From positions 64,001 to 128,000 of the IMG/VR virus record IMGVR_UViG_3300036715_001290: a stretch of DNA of 64,000 nt; one strand, written 5' to 3'. Shown in pieces: positions 1 through 10,610 of the stretch. The position numbers were made by a program, and so were the translations under genes. Position 1 is the first letter of the stretch. Each line of letters opens with the position of its first letter. This DNA comes from a virus. The notes beneath the pieces were generated by a model. That model made no database searches. It saw only the letters and a list, made by a program, of their open reading frames with translations, and was not told the DNA's origin.

Positions 1-2
1 CA

Positions 3-707
3 AGTATAGACCAAAATTCAGATTCAACTTCTTATGATGGAAATGCTCATGATATTTATGTAAAAATACAACGTATAGGTGACACAACAAAAGGTTCTGA
101 ATATTTAATAAAAGGTTCAGTTACTAGTTTAGGTGATTCATCATCTGGACATTGGTCAGAACGAAAATATTTAGGAAGACCATTAGCTGCACAACGATTT
201 ACAGGTTATTCAAGGGGTGTTAGTTTTGAATTAAAGTTATTTGCTGAAAATCATAGACATTTGGATAGAATAATAGAATTATTAAATATGTTACATTCAT
301 TACATATGCCTACATCAATTAAATCAAATATAGGATTAGGATCACCATTTTTTAGATTTAGTTTAGGTGATATGTTTAATACTAACAACATATACAAATT
401 AGATACATTAGATGTTAAAGTACCTGATAGTGCAATGTGGGATGTATTAAAAGATAGACAATATCCTTTAGTATATGAAGTACATATGTCATTAGGTTTA
501 GTATTTGATTTTGATTATACAACAAATGTTAAATTTATGGATACTTATAAAAAATTAGCACCATTAACATATGATTATATATCAGAAACCCAAGACAAAA
601 CTGATAATTCAGAAAGTCAAAATGATAATTCTGATATTGATGTTATAAATCAAAAAGCACAAGATAGTGAAGATGCACAATCATATTTACCTTCAAAAAT
701 GAGATAA
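3..707 (+). CDS. Contractile-tail tube-initiator/baseplate protein, 5'-truncated by window edge
   Basis: Frame 3 is open from base 3 (track start 261 is internal); WSERKYLGRP...FTGYSRGVSFELKL resembles tube-initiator proteins; precedes LysM wedge and hub genes. Confidence 0.55.
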   Translation, partial: SIDQNSDSTSYDGNAHDIYVKIQRIGDTTKGSEYLIKGSVTSLGDSSSGHWSERKYLGRPLAAQRFTGYSRGVSFELKLFAENHRHLDRIIELLNMLHSLHMPTSIKSNIGLGSPFFRFSLGDMFNTNNIYKLDTLDVKVPDSAMWDVLKDRQYPLVYEVHMSLGLVFDFDYTTNVKFMDTYKKLAPLTYDYISETQDKTDNSESQNDNSDIDVINQKAQDSEDAQSYLPSKMR

Positions 708-708
708 G

Positions 709-999
709 ATGAAAACATACAATAATATTAACATAATAAAGGATTCAAATAATAATTCATATTATGATGAACCTTTAATTCCAACAATACCAACAAATAG
801 TGATGATATATTTTATAAATCTATCCCAGGTGATAGATTAGATATTTTATCAAAAAAATTTTATAATGATATGACATTATATATGATTATAGGTAGAGCT
901 AATAATATTGTTGGAACTATATTTGTTGAAGTAGGAACTATATTAAGAATACCATCATTAAATTCAGTCAATTTATATTTACAAAATTTTAAGAAATAA
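709..999 (+). CDS. LysM-like baseplate wedge protein (gp53/tail-X-like)
   Basis: GDRLDILSKKFY...IIGRANNI...GTILRIP LysM pattern; baseplate context. Confidence 0.7.
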   Translation: MKTYNNINIIKDSNNNSYYDEPLIPTIPTNSDDIFYKSIPGDRLDILSKKFYNDMTLYMIIGRANNIVGTIFVEVGTILRIPSLNSVNLYLQNFKK

Positions 1000-1002
1000 A
1001 TA

Positions 1003-3882
1003 ATGAAACAACCAACATTTCCATACATATCAGGTATAGATTCTAATATTAGAAAAAGAATAAAGCAAATAATGATAGCTGATGTTCCAGATCTTAAACA
1101 TTGGTATCGTGTTACAAGTGGTATGTATAATAAAAATGGTCATAAACATTATCAATTAGCTCCATTATTAAATGATGATATAGCAAAAAATACACCAACT
1201 TCTTTTGCAAGTCAATATGATGCATTACAAGGTTTTGCTCCAATACCTGCATTGTTAAAAGTTACATCAAAATATATTGGTAAGTATGGTGGTTTAAGAG
1301 AAGTTAAATTAGATTGGATATGTTATACTAAATTACAATTTGATGAGTATATGACACCATTTGCAACACCTGGGCATATGCTATATGTAGATTGGGGTGA
1401 TGGTCCAGAATCATTATCAGTTAATCCACGTAATGTAGTAAAAGAAGCATTATCAAATCCAATAGATTTTCAATCAAAATTTTCAACGGTATGGGAAACT
1501 ATTAAAAAATATTCAACAACCTACAATCAAAAATATGATGGTTGTTTAGCTATAGTTACAAAATTTGAATGGTCATTACAAAGTGATATGTCATATTTAA
1601 TATCAGTTACAACAAAAACTATCGGTTCTTTAATGTCAGGTATTAGTGTATCAAATCAAAAAACATCGGATGTACCGAAAGAAGTAACTGGAATACGCGA
1701 TTTCTTTAAATCAATAAATGGTGATAGAGAAAAAGGATTAGAAAGTTTTTGTAATGACAATTATAAAAATAATGATAATATAAACGGCACTAATTTCAAA
1801 TTTGGAACACCATCAACTTCAACTACACCTGGGGGTGGTAATGTACAATCCAAAACAACAACAACACAAAATACTGATTTATGGATATGGGCTGGTAATG
1901 ATATTTTTATAAGTGAATTTTTATTAGAGTTAATTGTAAATAGGTATACGGCAGAATATAGAGGTGTATTATACTTAAATTCAACAACATCTAAATTGAG
2001 AAATTCTAAGTACTTATTATCGAGTGATTTATCAAAAGTATTAATACCAAATATTTGTATTACAAAAGAATTGGAAACATCCGATAGTAGAGTAACAAAT
2101 TATTCATATGTTAGAGAATTTACAAAAGATCCATTAGAAAATAATCCTGATTTGAAAAAATCATTATTAGGTGAACTAGGTGAAAATGCAGGTGATAATT
2201 CATATTCAGCAACAGATTCTGATAACGATCGTCTAAAGGCTATTAATAAGGATATGGCCGATTATGTTGCAAAAAATAATATAGCAACTGCAGGTTATGT
2301 TTCAAATTTTTATATTAACATGAATTTGGTTGTTAATGCATTTGATAATAAAGATAGTATTAATGATGCAATGACTGATATATTAAATAATATTAACAGT
2401 TGTTCTGGTAATATGTGGAATTTAGTTTATGTAAGTGATGAAGGTACATCAACTGCGCATATTATTGACTCAAATTTCTTTGATGTTGAAAATTTTAATA
2501 ACACAATATCAAATTTATATTTCTTTGACCCATATAATCCAAAATCAATAATACGTGAAATTTCATTAAGAGGTGATATTAATGATAGTATTGCATTAAC
2601 TAATTTTTATGGTGCTTTGGATGGGTCAGTTACTGTAAATTCACAATTCAGTCCAGCATTCAAATCATTATGGAATAATGAAGAATATGTTGATGAATTT
2701 ATGAAACAAATAAAAATAGATAAACCTAAAGATGCAAGTGTAAAACAACAAGATACAAATGATAAATCATGTCTTATAAATACATCAGAAAACTCATCAA
2801 TTGAAATTGGATTAAAATTAGCATTCTTACCAAGAATGTTATTAGAGAATGGTTCTATTAGTTTAATACCTGAAAAACAATTAAAATTAATTGCAGGTTG
2901 TGAAGTAAGTGGAATGAGAAGAATAATTAATTTTTATCAAGGTGGCGAAGCAGGTAATAATTCATTTTTAACACCTATTGAAATAGATGTTAAATTAGAA
3001 GGTATATCAGGATTTCAAATTGGTAATATATTTAGTACAACTGTATTACCAAATACTTATATTAAACGTGGCTATTTTCAAGTAACTGGAATTGATGATG
3101 ATGTTGATGAAAATGGTTGGGAGACAACATTAAAAGGTAGATATAGAATTGTTGGTGATAAATTTACAATACCTCCTCCACCAAAAGTAAATAATACATA
3201 TTCAAGTTCAACTACCAGTGATAGTTCAAATGATAAAATTGGAGCGTTACAAAATATAACACAAGCCGATATTGATGTTAGTCATGTTGATGAACTTAAA
3301 AAGGCATTGCTAAAAAATAATAAAGAAACCGCATTTGTTAAGACATATTATAAATATGCAAAAGATCTACAATCAAATTATAATATACCTATAGCATCAA
3401 TTTTAGCTATAGCTGCATATGAAAGTGCTTGGGGTGATTCATCATTAATGAAGAAATATAATAATATTGGTGGAATGCGTGCATCAAACAATACAACAAA
3501 AGGTAAAGTGTGGTTCGCCGCAACTAGACATAAGAATACACGGGATAATGCACCTGCGAGTGAATATAATGCAAGTTGGTGGCAAGTTAATAAAAATATA
3601 AAGGATGCCTTTAGTACAGTATACTCAACATTAAATAGTAGATTCAAAGATAATCCATTAGGTTTAGGTAATGATAAAATAGAATTGGCTAAAAAAGATC
3701 CTGTATATTTTTTAGATAATTTTATATTTCCAGATCCTGATTCACCAAAATTAAATAAGAGTAAACCATTATATGCTAAGATAAGTAGAAAATTAAATGG
3801 TAAAACATTTACAACTACACCATATTCTGATGTAGCTAAATCAATTTCAAAAATTATGAAAGATAATGGTTTGAGTGCATGA
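1003..3882 (+). CDS. Baseplate hub-like protein with C-terminal GH73 (FlgJ-like) glucosaminidase domain
   Basis: C-terminal YNIPIASILAIAAYESAWGDS...YNNIGGMR GH73 motif after a P/S-rich linker; hub-like GYFQVTGIDDDVDENGWETTLKG. Confidence 0.65.
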   Translation: MKQPTFPYISGIDSNIRKRIKQIMIADVPDLKHWYRVTSGMYNKNGHKHYQLAPLLNDDIAKNTPTSFASQYDALQGFAPIPALLKVTSKYIGKYGGLREVKLDWICYTKLQFDEYMTPFATPGHMLYVDWGDGPESLSVNPRNVVKEALSNPIDFQSKFSTVWETIKKYSTTYNQKYDGCLAIVTKFEWSLQSDMSYLISVTTKTIGSLMSGISVSNQKTSDVPKEVTGIRDFFKSINGDREKGLESFCNDNYKNNDNINGTNFKFGTPSTSTTPGGGNVQSKTTTTQNTDLWIWAGNDIFISEFLLELIVNRYTAEYRGVLYLNSTTSKLRNSKYLLSSDLSKVLIPNICITKELETSDSRVTNYSYVREFTKDPLENNPDLKKSLLGELGENAGDNSYSATDSDNDRLKAINKDMADYVAKNNIATAGYVSNFYINMNLVVNAFDNKDSINDAMTDILNNINSCSGNMWNLVYVSDEGTSTAHIIDSNFFDVENFNNTISNLYFFDPYNPKSIIREISLRGDINDSIALTNFYGALDGSVTVNSQFSPAFKSLWNNEEYVDEFMKQIKIDKPKDASVKQQDTNDKSCLINTSENSSIEIGLKLAFLPRMLLENGSISLIPEKQLKLIAGCEVSGMRRIINFYQGGEAGNNSFLTPIEIDVKLEGISGFQIGNIFSTTVLPNTYIKRGYFQVTGIDDDVDENGWETTLKGRYRIVGDKFTIPPPPKVNNTYSSSTTSDSSNDKIGALQNITQADIDVSHVDELKKALLKNNKETAFVKTYYKYAKDLQSNYNIPIASILAIAAYESAWGDSSLMKKYNNIGGMRASNNTTKGKVWFAATRHKNTRDNAPASEYNASWWQVNKNIKDAFSTVYSTLNSRFKDNPLGLGNDKIELAKKDPVYFLDNFIFPDPDSPKLNKSKPLYAKISRKLNGKTFTTTPYSDVAKSISKIMKDNGLSA

Positions 3883-4196
3883 AAGATCTAAATATAATTA
3901 CACTAACAAATGTACATCCTAATCCAACATCAGTTGATTATGATAATGGTTTTATGTATAGATATTTTTCAAAGTTAAATACTAAGACAAATAATTTAAT
4001 ATATGAGATAGATGAAAAGCAATATAAATCAGTATCAAATATTCCATATTATTATACTATAAAAGTAGTATGGTTAATAGTTGGATTAGTTGAATATGTT
4101 GCAACTAAGAATAATGATACTTTATTATATTATGATAATGAAATGCCCGGGTTGTATAAAAAATATGTAAAAACAGTTGTTGAATTTTTGAAATAA
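3879..4196 (+). CDS. Hypothetical protein
   Basis: 105-aa ORF with ATGA overlap to upstream gene. Confidence 0.6.
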   Translation: MKDLNIITLTNVHPNPTSVDYDNGFMYRYFSKLNTKTNNLIYEIDEKQYKSVSNIPYYYTIKVVWLIVGLVEYVATKNNDTLLYYDNEMPGLYKKYVKTVVEFLK

Positions 4197-4235
4197 CCTT
4201 TATATTTATTTTCAAAGGTTATATATTAAGCGGTT

Positions 4236-5567
4236 ATGATACTAAACACAATTGTCACAAATCACAATTTTACGGAAAAGTTAGAACAAATTAAAAACTC
4301 AAATCTTATATTTGTTCCAGTCTATAATAATGAACAATCTATTAGATATCTATGTAGACCAAATGTTATATTTATTTATATTATAGCTAATGGTGAAACA
4401 TTAACATTTCCATTTAACCATTCCGATTTAGATTCATTAGATTTATCAAACTTAGTTGTCTTAATAAAAGCACTAGAACAATCTACAAAAAATATAATAA
4501 CTATCAATAAAAAAGATCATGTAAAATGTTTGAATTTTACTAATTGTATTGATGTTAATATATTTGAATGGTCTTATGGTTTAGAGATAACTAATAATAA
4601 GAATCATTATACAAGTGCACATAATTATTTTAAGAATAATAATAAGCCATTTTTTGATTTTTCATTTTATGTACCTATAATTAAATTATATGAATACTAT
4701 ACATCAATACGAGATTATATTTTAGATTTTATAAAAAATCATAAACTTTATTTATCGGATAAAACATTCAAATTTATAAATGAAGAAATAAATGTTTTTA
4801 GTAAATTAGAATCTAATGGTTTATTTATTGACTATGATAAGTATAATAGAAAAGATACTTTATATGATAATCGTATATTTCCTGATTATTATTTATTTAA
4901 TAAATCATTTAGACCATCACCATCAAGTGGTTATGTTAATATGTCATCAATGAAAAAAGAATCAAATATCAGAGAATCTATAATTAGTAGATTTGAAGGT
5001 GGTAGATTAATTGAATTTGATTATAAAGCAGCCCATTTGTATTATTTAGGTAATGTAGTTGATTATGAATTTAAAGAGTACCCTTATCTTGAAGTTGCTA
5101 GAGATGTATTAAATACGAATGACGTATCGGCGGATGATATTGCAAAAATAAAAAAATTAACACAAACCGTATTATATGGTGATATAAAATTAGATTTACC
5201 ATTTTTCAATAAAGTTAATGAATTAAAAGCAGAATTAGTTGAAAGTAATGAAAGTAGTAAATTTATAGAATTACCAAAATCAGGTGTTAGAATATTTAAT
5301 GTAGATTCACGAAAAGTAATGTCATATTTTGTACATGGTATTGAAACCGAAACTAATACATATACAATGTCAAAAATACAATCATTTTTAGAAAAAAAAT
5401 CATATAAATCTAAGTTAATATTTTATATGTATGATTCATTTTTATTTGATATTCATCCTGATGAAAAAGATGTTATAAACGATTTAGAACGATTGATAAA
5501 TGGTAGAAGTATGCAAACTCATATTTCTGGCGGGTTAAATTGGTCAAAGCTAAGAAAAATAAAATAA
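4236..5567 (+). CDS. Family A DNA polymerase-like protein (compact)
   Basis: Motif A (LIEFDYKAAHL), motif B (KKLTQTVLYG), motif C (YMYDSFLFD). Confidence 0.7.
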   Translation: MILNTIVTNHNFTEKLEQIKNSNLIFVPVYNNEQSIRYLCRPNVIFIYIIANGETLTFPFNHSDLDSLDLSNLVVLIKALEQSTKNIITINKKDHVKCLNFTNCIDVNIFEWSYGLEITNNKNHYTSAHNYFKNNNKPFFDFSFYVPIIKLYEYYTSIRDYILDFIKNHKLYLSDKTFKFINEEINVFSKLESNGLFIDYDKYNRKDTLYDNRIFPDYYLFNKSFRPSPSSGYVNMSSMKKESNIRESIISRFEGGRLIEFDYKAAHLYYLGNVVDYEFKEYPYLEVARDVLNTNDVSADDIAKIKKLTQTVLYGDIKLDLPFFNKVNELKAELVESNESSKFIELPKSGVRIFNVDSRKVMSYFVHGIETETNTYTMSKIQSFLEKKSYKSKLIFYMYDSFLFDIHPDEKDVINDLERLINGRSMQTHISGGLNWSKLRKIK

Positions 5568-5606
5568 TGATATATTTATTTACATATAACATAATAAGGT
5601 TTACAA

Positions 5607-7808
5607 TTGAGTACATTAGATAAAATAAAACAAGCCGTATATGATTTTCTAAATGAATCTGACTACACCGATCTTCTTAATACAAGAATACGAAACCAAG
5701 AGACTGGTAGGGATATTAAAGTTAAGAGTGCATTAGGTTATGATCCTTCTCATCCTGTACATCAAGTAGCTGTAAATTTAATTAAAAAACGACAACCTAA
5801 ACAAGCAGCAAAAATTATAAATAAAGTTAAGTCAGATAATAAATCGGACAAAAACACTAATAAAACGGCCGATAATAAACCAACTGGTATTTCACATAAT
5901 TCACCACAAAAATCAAATTCATATAGCGATATTAAAATTGATGATGCAGGTAAGAAGCAAATATCTAATGCATTATCATTAGCTAAAAAGAATTTACAAA
6001 AATATTCTGATAAACCCGAAGTAAGAAATCAAATTAAAAGTTTTATAGAAGATTTTACTAAATGGTCAGAAAAACCTACAGCTGCAAATGCAAAGACTTT
6101 AGAAAAATATCAATTAACAAAAAGTAGGGATGCCGAAGCCGGTGAAAAATCTAAAATATATATAGGTTCTATTAAAGATAGGCAAGGTCGTAAAATATTT
6201 GGTGATAGTAATACCGCAACCGCAATTGCTGATATGTTTACACAAGCAGGTATTTTATCTAAAAATGCAAGAATTGAAAAAAAGCAATTAACACCAAATA
6301 AAGTATTTCCTAATTCCGTTAAACCTAAAGTAACTATATCTGAAAAACACGTTATGATAGGTAATACTAAAATAGCCAAACCACCTGTACATTCTAAAAA
6401 AGAATGGGAAGATTGGTATAGTACTAAAAAGAATAAAGATGGTAAAACATTTACAAAAGATGAAGTTAAAAGAAAAACTGAAGCTCGTTTAATTAAACAA
6501 AAACTTGATGAAGAACGATATAATAATTTTTTAGAAAATGTAAAAGATCCCGAGTTTAAGATTCTTGATGTAGGTGATGCATCAACTGATAAAGGTAGAC
6601 ATGAAGTTAAACAAAAAACATTAAATAGTCTTACATCTATAATAAATAATATATCTAAGAATGGTGACTTAACACCTGAGACTAAAAAACTAGTAAATCA
6701 AATTGATTCTATTAAAAAATTAAAACCAACTGATGTTGAAGAATTTAATAATCAAATGAACTCTTTGATTTTTAATATTGGAAATAATCCTCAAACTACA
6801 AAGTCAGTTGCTGATTTTGTTGAAATAGCTAGTTTTTTAAGACATATTAATATGGGTCATAATGTAATATTACCAGCATCATCTAATTTCAAATTAGCCG
6901 ATATGATTATTATTAATGATGGTAAGAAAAAAGGACCTACTCCATTAACAGTTGATTATATTAATGAAAAAGATAGTGATGGTTCATTAATTAGTAGCAC
7001 AAGTATTAAATATGGAGTTGGTGGTGCATCTGCTTCTAAATCTAAAATAGAATACTCAATATTCAAAAATGTTGGAAGTAATAATACACAATCGGATTTA
7101 TTAAAAATAAATGACCAATTTGTTAATTTATTTAATAAAGGTGAATATAAAGAATCTGATGCTTTAATTAAAAAACTATCAAATGATTATTCTGATATAT
7201 TAAAAAAGGATCCTGAATATAATAAAAGATTAAAGGATAATGACGGTTGGATAAAAAGAAATAATATTCCACCAAAATTAGTTGATGCATATAAACGATA
7301 TTTGATATTAGGATATATGATGCAATCAATTCATAATGAATTATTACAGGGACAATGTTTCAATAATGAAAAATTTACAGCAAATAAAAGTGGTGTAACT
7401 GTACATACTACTGATGGTGAACAAACTGTTAGTTATATGAAATTTAATCCTTCATTAAAACTACCAAATGGATATCCAACAAACACATTTCCAAGTAATA
7501 TGGTGAATGCACCTAATAAAAATTATCTTAAAGAATCTTTAAAGAAATTGAAAAAGATTTTAGAATCTAAAAATATAAAAGAATTAAAGGTTGGTGAACA
7601 CTATACATTATCCGATGATTTTATAATGGCCTTACGAGATGAACATCCTGAAATGGCGGTTGGTGCAAATTATGGTTGGTTAGTTTCTATTGATGGTGAT
7701 GATATGGTTACAATGAATATACCTAATAAAGGTATAGTGCCAGACCCAGATATAAAAGTACCAACTAAATATATAATTTATAAGGATAAACCAAACACTT
7801 TAATGTGA
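5607..7808 (+). CDS. Large Lys-rich hypothetical protein
   Basis: 733-aa ORF, TTG start after AAGGT and an ATATTTAT motif. Confidence 0.6.
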   Translation: MSTLDKIKQAVYDFLNESDYTDLLNTRIRNQETGRDIKVKSALGYDPSHPVHQVAVNLIKKRQPKQAAKIINKVKSDNKSDKNTNKTADNKPTGISHNSPQKSNSYSDIKIDDAGKKQISNALSLAKKNLQKYSDKPEVRNQIKSFIEDFTKWSEKPTAANAKTLEKYQLTKSRDAEAGEKSKIYIGSIKDRQGRKIFGDSNTATAIADMFTQAGILSKNARIEKKQLTPNKVFPNSVKPKVTISEKHVMIGNTKIAKPPVHSKKEWEDWYSTKKNKDGKTFTKDEVKRKTEARLIKQKLDEERYNNFLENVKDPEFKILDVGDASTDKGRHEVKQKTLNSLTSIINNISKNGDLTPETKKLVNQIDSIKKLKPTDVEEFNNQMNSLIFNIGNNPQTTKSVADFVEIASFLRHINMGHNVILPASSNFKLADMIIINDGKKKGPTPLTVDYINEKDSDGSLISSTSIKYGVGGASASKSKIEYSIFKNVGSNNTQSDLLKINDQFVNLFNKGEYKESDALIKKLSNDYSDILKKDPEYNKRLKDNDGWIKRNNIPPKLVDAYKRYLILGYMMQSIHNELLQGQCFNNEKFTANKSGVTVHTTDGEQTVSYMKFNPSLKLPNGYPTNTFPSNMVNAPNKNYLKESLKKLKKILESKNIKELKVGEHYTLSDDFIMALRDEHPEMAVGANYGWLVSIDGDDMVTMNIPNKGIVPDPDIKVPTKYIIYKDKPNTLM

Positions 7809-7818
7809 AAAGTAAAAA

Positions 7819-8226
7819 ATGAACATGCAGAATACTTACAAAACAAATAATACTTTACTATGTACAATATCTAGTGAAGATCAATATGAAACAATCAATA
7901 ATATTAATAGATATTATAATATTAGTAACAAGCGTATATTTATATTAACAATTGAAAAGAATGATGTTGAGTTTGTCTATACATATAATATAGATGGTGA
8001 AATTCAACATAACACTCATTTAGAAAATACATTTATGATTCATCGTAAAAAAGAATTTAATACTTTATTTACAATAAATGCTATAAATTTATTAGCAAAA
8101 GAAAAAGGTGTAGATTCTAAGGATTTCAAATTAGATTGGCAAAATTATAAAGATAGTTTAATAATATCAAAAGGTAATGTAATTATTTGTCTTAGAACAA
8201 AATTACATGACATTATAACATTATAG
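7819..8226 (+). CDS. Hypothetical protein
   Basis: 135-aa ORF in operon. Confidence 0.6.
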   Translation: MNMQNTYKTNNTLLCTISSEDQYETINNINRYYNISNKRIFILTIEKNDVEFVYTYNIDGEIQHNTHLENTFMIHRKKEFNTLFTINAINLLAKEKGVDSKDFKLDWQNYKDSLIISKGNVIICLRTKLHDIITL

Positions 8227-8234
8227 GAGATTAT

Positions 8235-8414
8235 ATGCCAGCAAAATCTAAAGCCCAAAAGAAATTTATGCAAATGGTTGCTGCTGTACAAAGTGGAAAT
8301 ATTCCAAAAAACAAAGTATCTAAAAAAATGCAAGATGTAGCTGCAGGAATGAAACACTCTGATGTAAAAAAATTTACTAAGACACCTGCTGATGATTTAC
8401 CAAATAAGACATAA
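8235..8414 (+). CDS. Small DUF3008-like protein (missed by ORF track)
   Basis: AGGAGA RBS; MPAKSKAQKKFMQMVAAVQSG...DVKKFTKTPADDLP matches DUF3008 pattern; 59 aa. Confidence 0.7.
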   Translation: MPAKSKAQKKFMQMVAAVQSGNIPKNKVSKKMQDVAAGMKHSDVKKFTKTPADDLPNKT

Positions 8415-8551
8415 AAAAATAAAGATATTAAACACATAATAAAATTAAATACACATATATATTTATACAAATAACAAAACAATATAACTGTAATAACACT
8501 TATATTATAAAACATACTCAATATACACAAACATACTCAAGGAGAACTAAC

Positions 8552-9334
8552 ATGGCTACATCGTTAGACAAAATACGCGCAATGATTAAGGGAAACAAAA
8601 ATACCAACAAATGGTCACCACTCCCTGGCAATCACACCATCCGAATCGTTCCAAGCAAATTGGACCCTGAAAATCCATTTACACTTTTAAAGTTGTATTA
8701 TGGTATTAACGGTAAAACACTTCTTTCACCAACAACAGTAGGCGATCCTGATCCAATTTACGAATTGGCAAGAAAACTTTATGATGCAAAGACTGAAGAA
8801 AGTGAAGCAGCCGCAAAGAAAATTACACCTAAGCCAAGATTCTTTCTTCCTATTATCGTAAGAGAAGAGGAAAATAAAGGAGTTATGCTTTGGGGTGTTA
8901 GTAAGACAATGAAAGATGATCTTGCTAAAATTATTGAACAAAATTTAATTGAAGATGATACCGATATTGTTGACCCAGTATCTGGTATTGATTTAATTGT
9001 TGAGGTACTTTCACCTAAAGATGCAGGTAACAAGTTTGGTAAGACAACTGTTCGTGCAAAAAAGAAAAGTACTGCGTTATCAACTGATAAAGAGTTGGTA
9101 GAGAAATGGTTAACAGACCAACCAGATCCTAATTCATTATATGAAATGCCTTCATATGATGACCTTAAAAAGGAATTGGAAAAATATCTTAATTCAGGTT
9201 CAGAAGTTGATACCGTAGGTGCAAAGGTTGAAGTTGATGATGAAGATGAAGTTAGTGAAACTAAAGTTCAAACCTTAAAGAAAACTGGTGATGCTAACGC
9301 AAAAATCGATGAACTTTTCGGTAAGGAAAACTAA
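8552..9334 (+). CDS. Single-stranded DNA-binding protein (T4 gp32-like)
   Basis: TIRIVP, DPIYE, GVMLWG, DPVSGIDL motifs, acidic C-terminus; upstream of UvsX; AGGAG RBS. Confidence 0.8.
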   Translation: MATSLDKIRAMIKGNKNTNKWSPLPGNHTIRIVPSKLDPENPFTLLKLYYGINGKTLLSPTTVGDPDPIYELARKLYDAKTEESEAAAKKITPKPRFFLPIIVREEENKGVMLWGVSKTMKDDLAKIIEQNLIEDDTDIVDPVSGIDLIVEVLSPKDAGNKFGKTTVRAKKKSTALSTDKELVEKWLTDQPDPNSLYEMPSYDDLKKELEKYLNSGSEVDTVGAKVEVDDEDEVSETKVQTLKKTGDANAKIDELFGKEN

Positions 9335-9339
9335 AACAT

Positions 9340-10479
9340 ATGGCTAAGAAAAAAGTAGAATCGAAAGTAGATAGAGAGGATTTAATTAATTCATTAGTTG
9401 AATCACTTAATAGCGAACATCGAGTTGCTTATTCCTTAATCAATGATGCCGAAATTAATCCAGCCACGATTAAAGGCTGGATTCCTACAGGTAATGAAAT
9501 AGTAGATTTAATGATTTCTAATACACGGCATGGTGGTTTACCATTAGGCCGTGTAACAGAAATTTCAGGTATGGAATCTTCAGGTAAATCTTTGTTTGTT
9601 GCTCATGCATTAGCAGAAGTACAAAAGCAAGGTGGTATTGCCGTTCTTATAGATACTGAATTTGCAATTTCAGCCGCATTCTTAGTTGCTATTGGTGTTG
9701 ACGTAGAAAAATTAATTTATATTCCTTGTAACATCCTTGAGGATGTACTTGGTCAAATTGAATTAATTATAAATAAATTACGTGAAGCTAAAAATGAAAA
9801 ACCTGCTCTTATTGTTGTTGACTCTATAATGGGTTCATCTACATCTATCGAAGCCGAAGGTGACTGGGGTAAGGATGGTTGGGCTACAGGTAAAGCTATC
9901 ATTTTATCAAAAGCAATGAGATTATTACCAGAAATGATTGCACAAGAAAACATCGCATTGGTTTTTACAAATCAATTGCGCGCAAATCTTGGTGCAATGT
10001 TTGGTGAGAAATGGACGACATCAGGTGGTAAAGCAATTCCATTTGCGGCATCATTACGTCTTAAGTTAAATAAATTAGCTAAGATTAAAAATGGTGCAGG
10101 GGCAGATGCCGATGTATTAGGTGTAAAAACTGGACTTGAGGTTTTCAAATCAAGATTAGGAAGTGCATTTCGTAAAATTGAATTTGACATTTATTTCGAT
10201 AGAGGAATGGATTCATCTTCATCATGGGTACAGGCTGCTGAGGAATCAGGTGCTATAGTAAAATCAAAAACAAAAACAACAATGTTTAGACTTTTTGATG
10301 ATGCTGACGAAAAGGTTATATTTAAGAAAACTGAATTTAGTGAAATATTAAAAGATCCTATTGTAAAAGAAAAGGTTTATAATATTATTGCTGATGCATT
10401 TATTATGACATACAAAGATAGGTCAACTATCGATGATATGGATAAATCAGGTTTCGTAGCAGACGAATCAGAAGATTAA
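9340..10479 (+). CDS. uvsX: RecA/UvsX recombinase
   Basis: GGLPLGRVTEISGMESSGKS, IDTE, VVDS, FTNQLR, TSGGKAIPF. Confidence 0.92.
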   Translation: MAKKKVESKVDREDLINSLVESLNSEHRVAYSLINDAEINPATIKGWIPTGNEIVDLMISNTRHGGLPLGRVTEISGMESSGKSLFVAHALAEVQKQGGIAVLIDTEFAISAAFLVAIGVDVEKLIYIPCNILEDVLGQIELIINKLREAKNEKPALIVVDSIMGSSTSIEAEGDWGKDGWATGKAIILSKAMRLLPEMIAQENIALVFTNQLRANLGAMFGEKWTTSGGKAIPFAASLRLKLNKLAKIKNGAGADADVLGVKTGLEVFKSRLGSAFRKIEFDIYFDRGMDSSSSWVQAAEESGAIVKSKTKTTMFRLFDDADEKVIFKKTEFSEILKDPIVKEKVYNIIADAFIMTYKDRSTIDDMDKSGFVADESED

Positions 10480-10500
10480 GTATAATCACTTAAAAATACG

Positions 10501-10530
10501 GAACGCGGTAATTGTACCGCGTTTCTATTT
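10501..10530 (+). terminator. Intrinsic terminator-like hairpin
   Basis: AACGCGGTA-attg-TACCGCGTT followed by TCTATTTT. Confidence 0.6.
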
Positions 10531-10610
10531 TAATGCATATCTACATCATCCATACCTCTCCAATGACATTTAATTGTCACAATACACATTATAAAAAGAC
10601 CAAAAATTAT

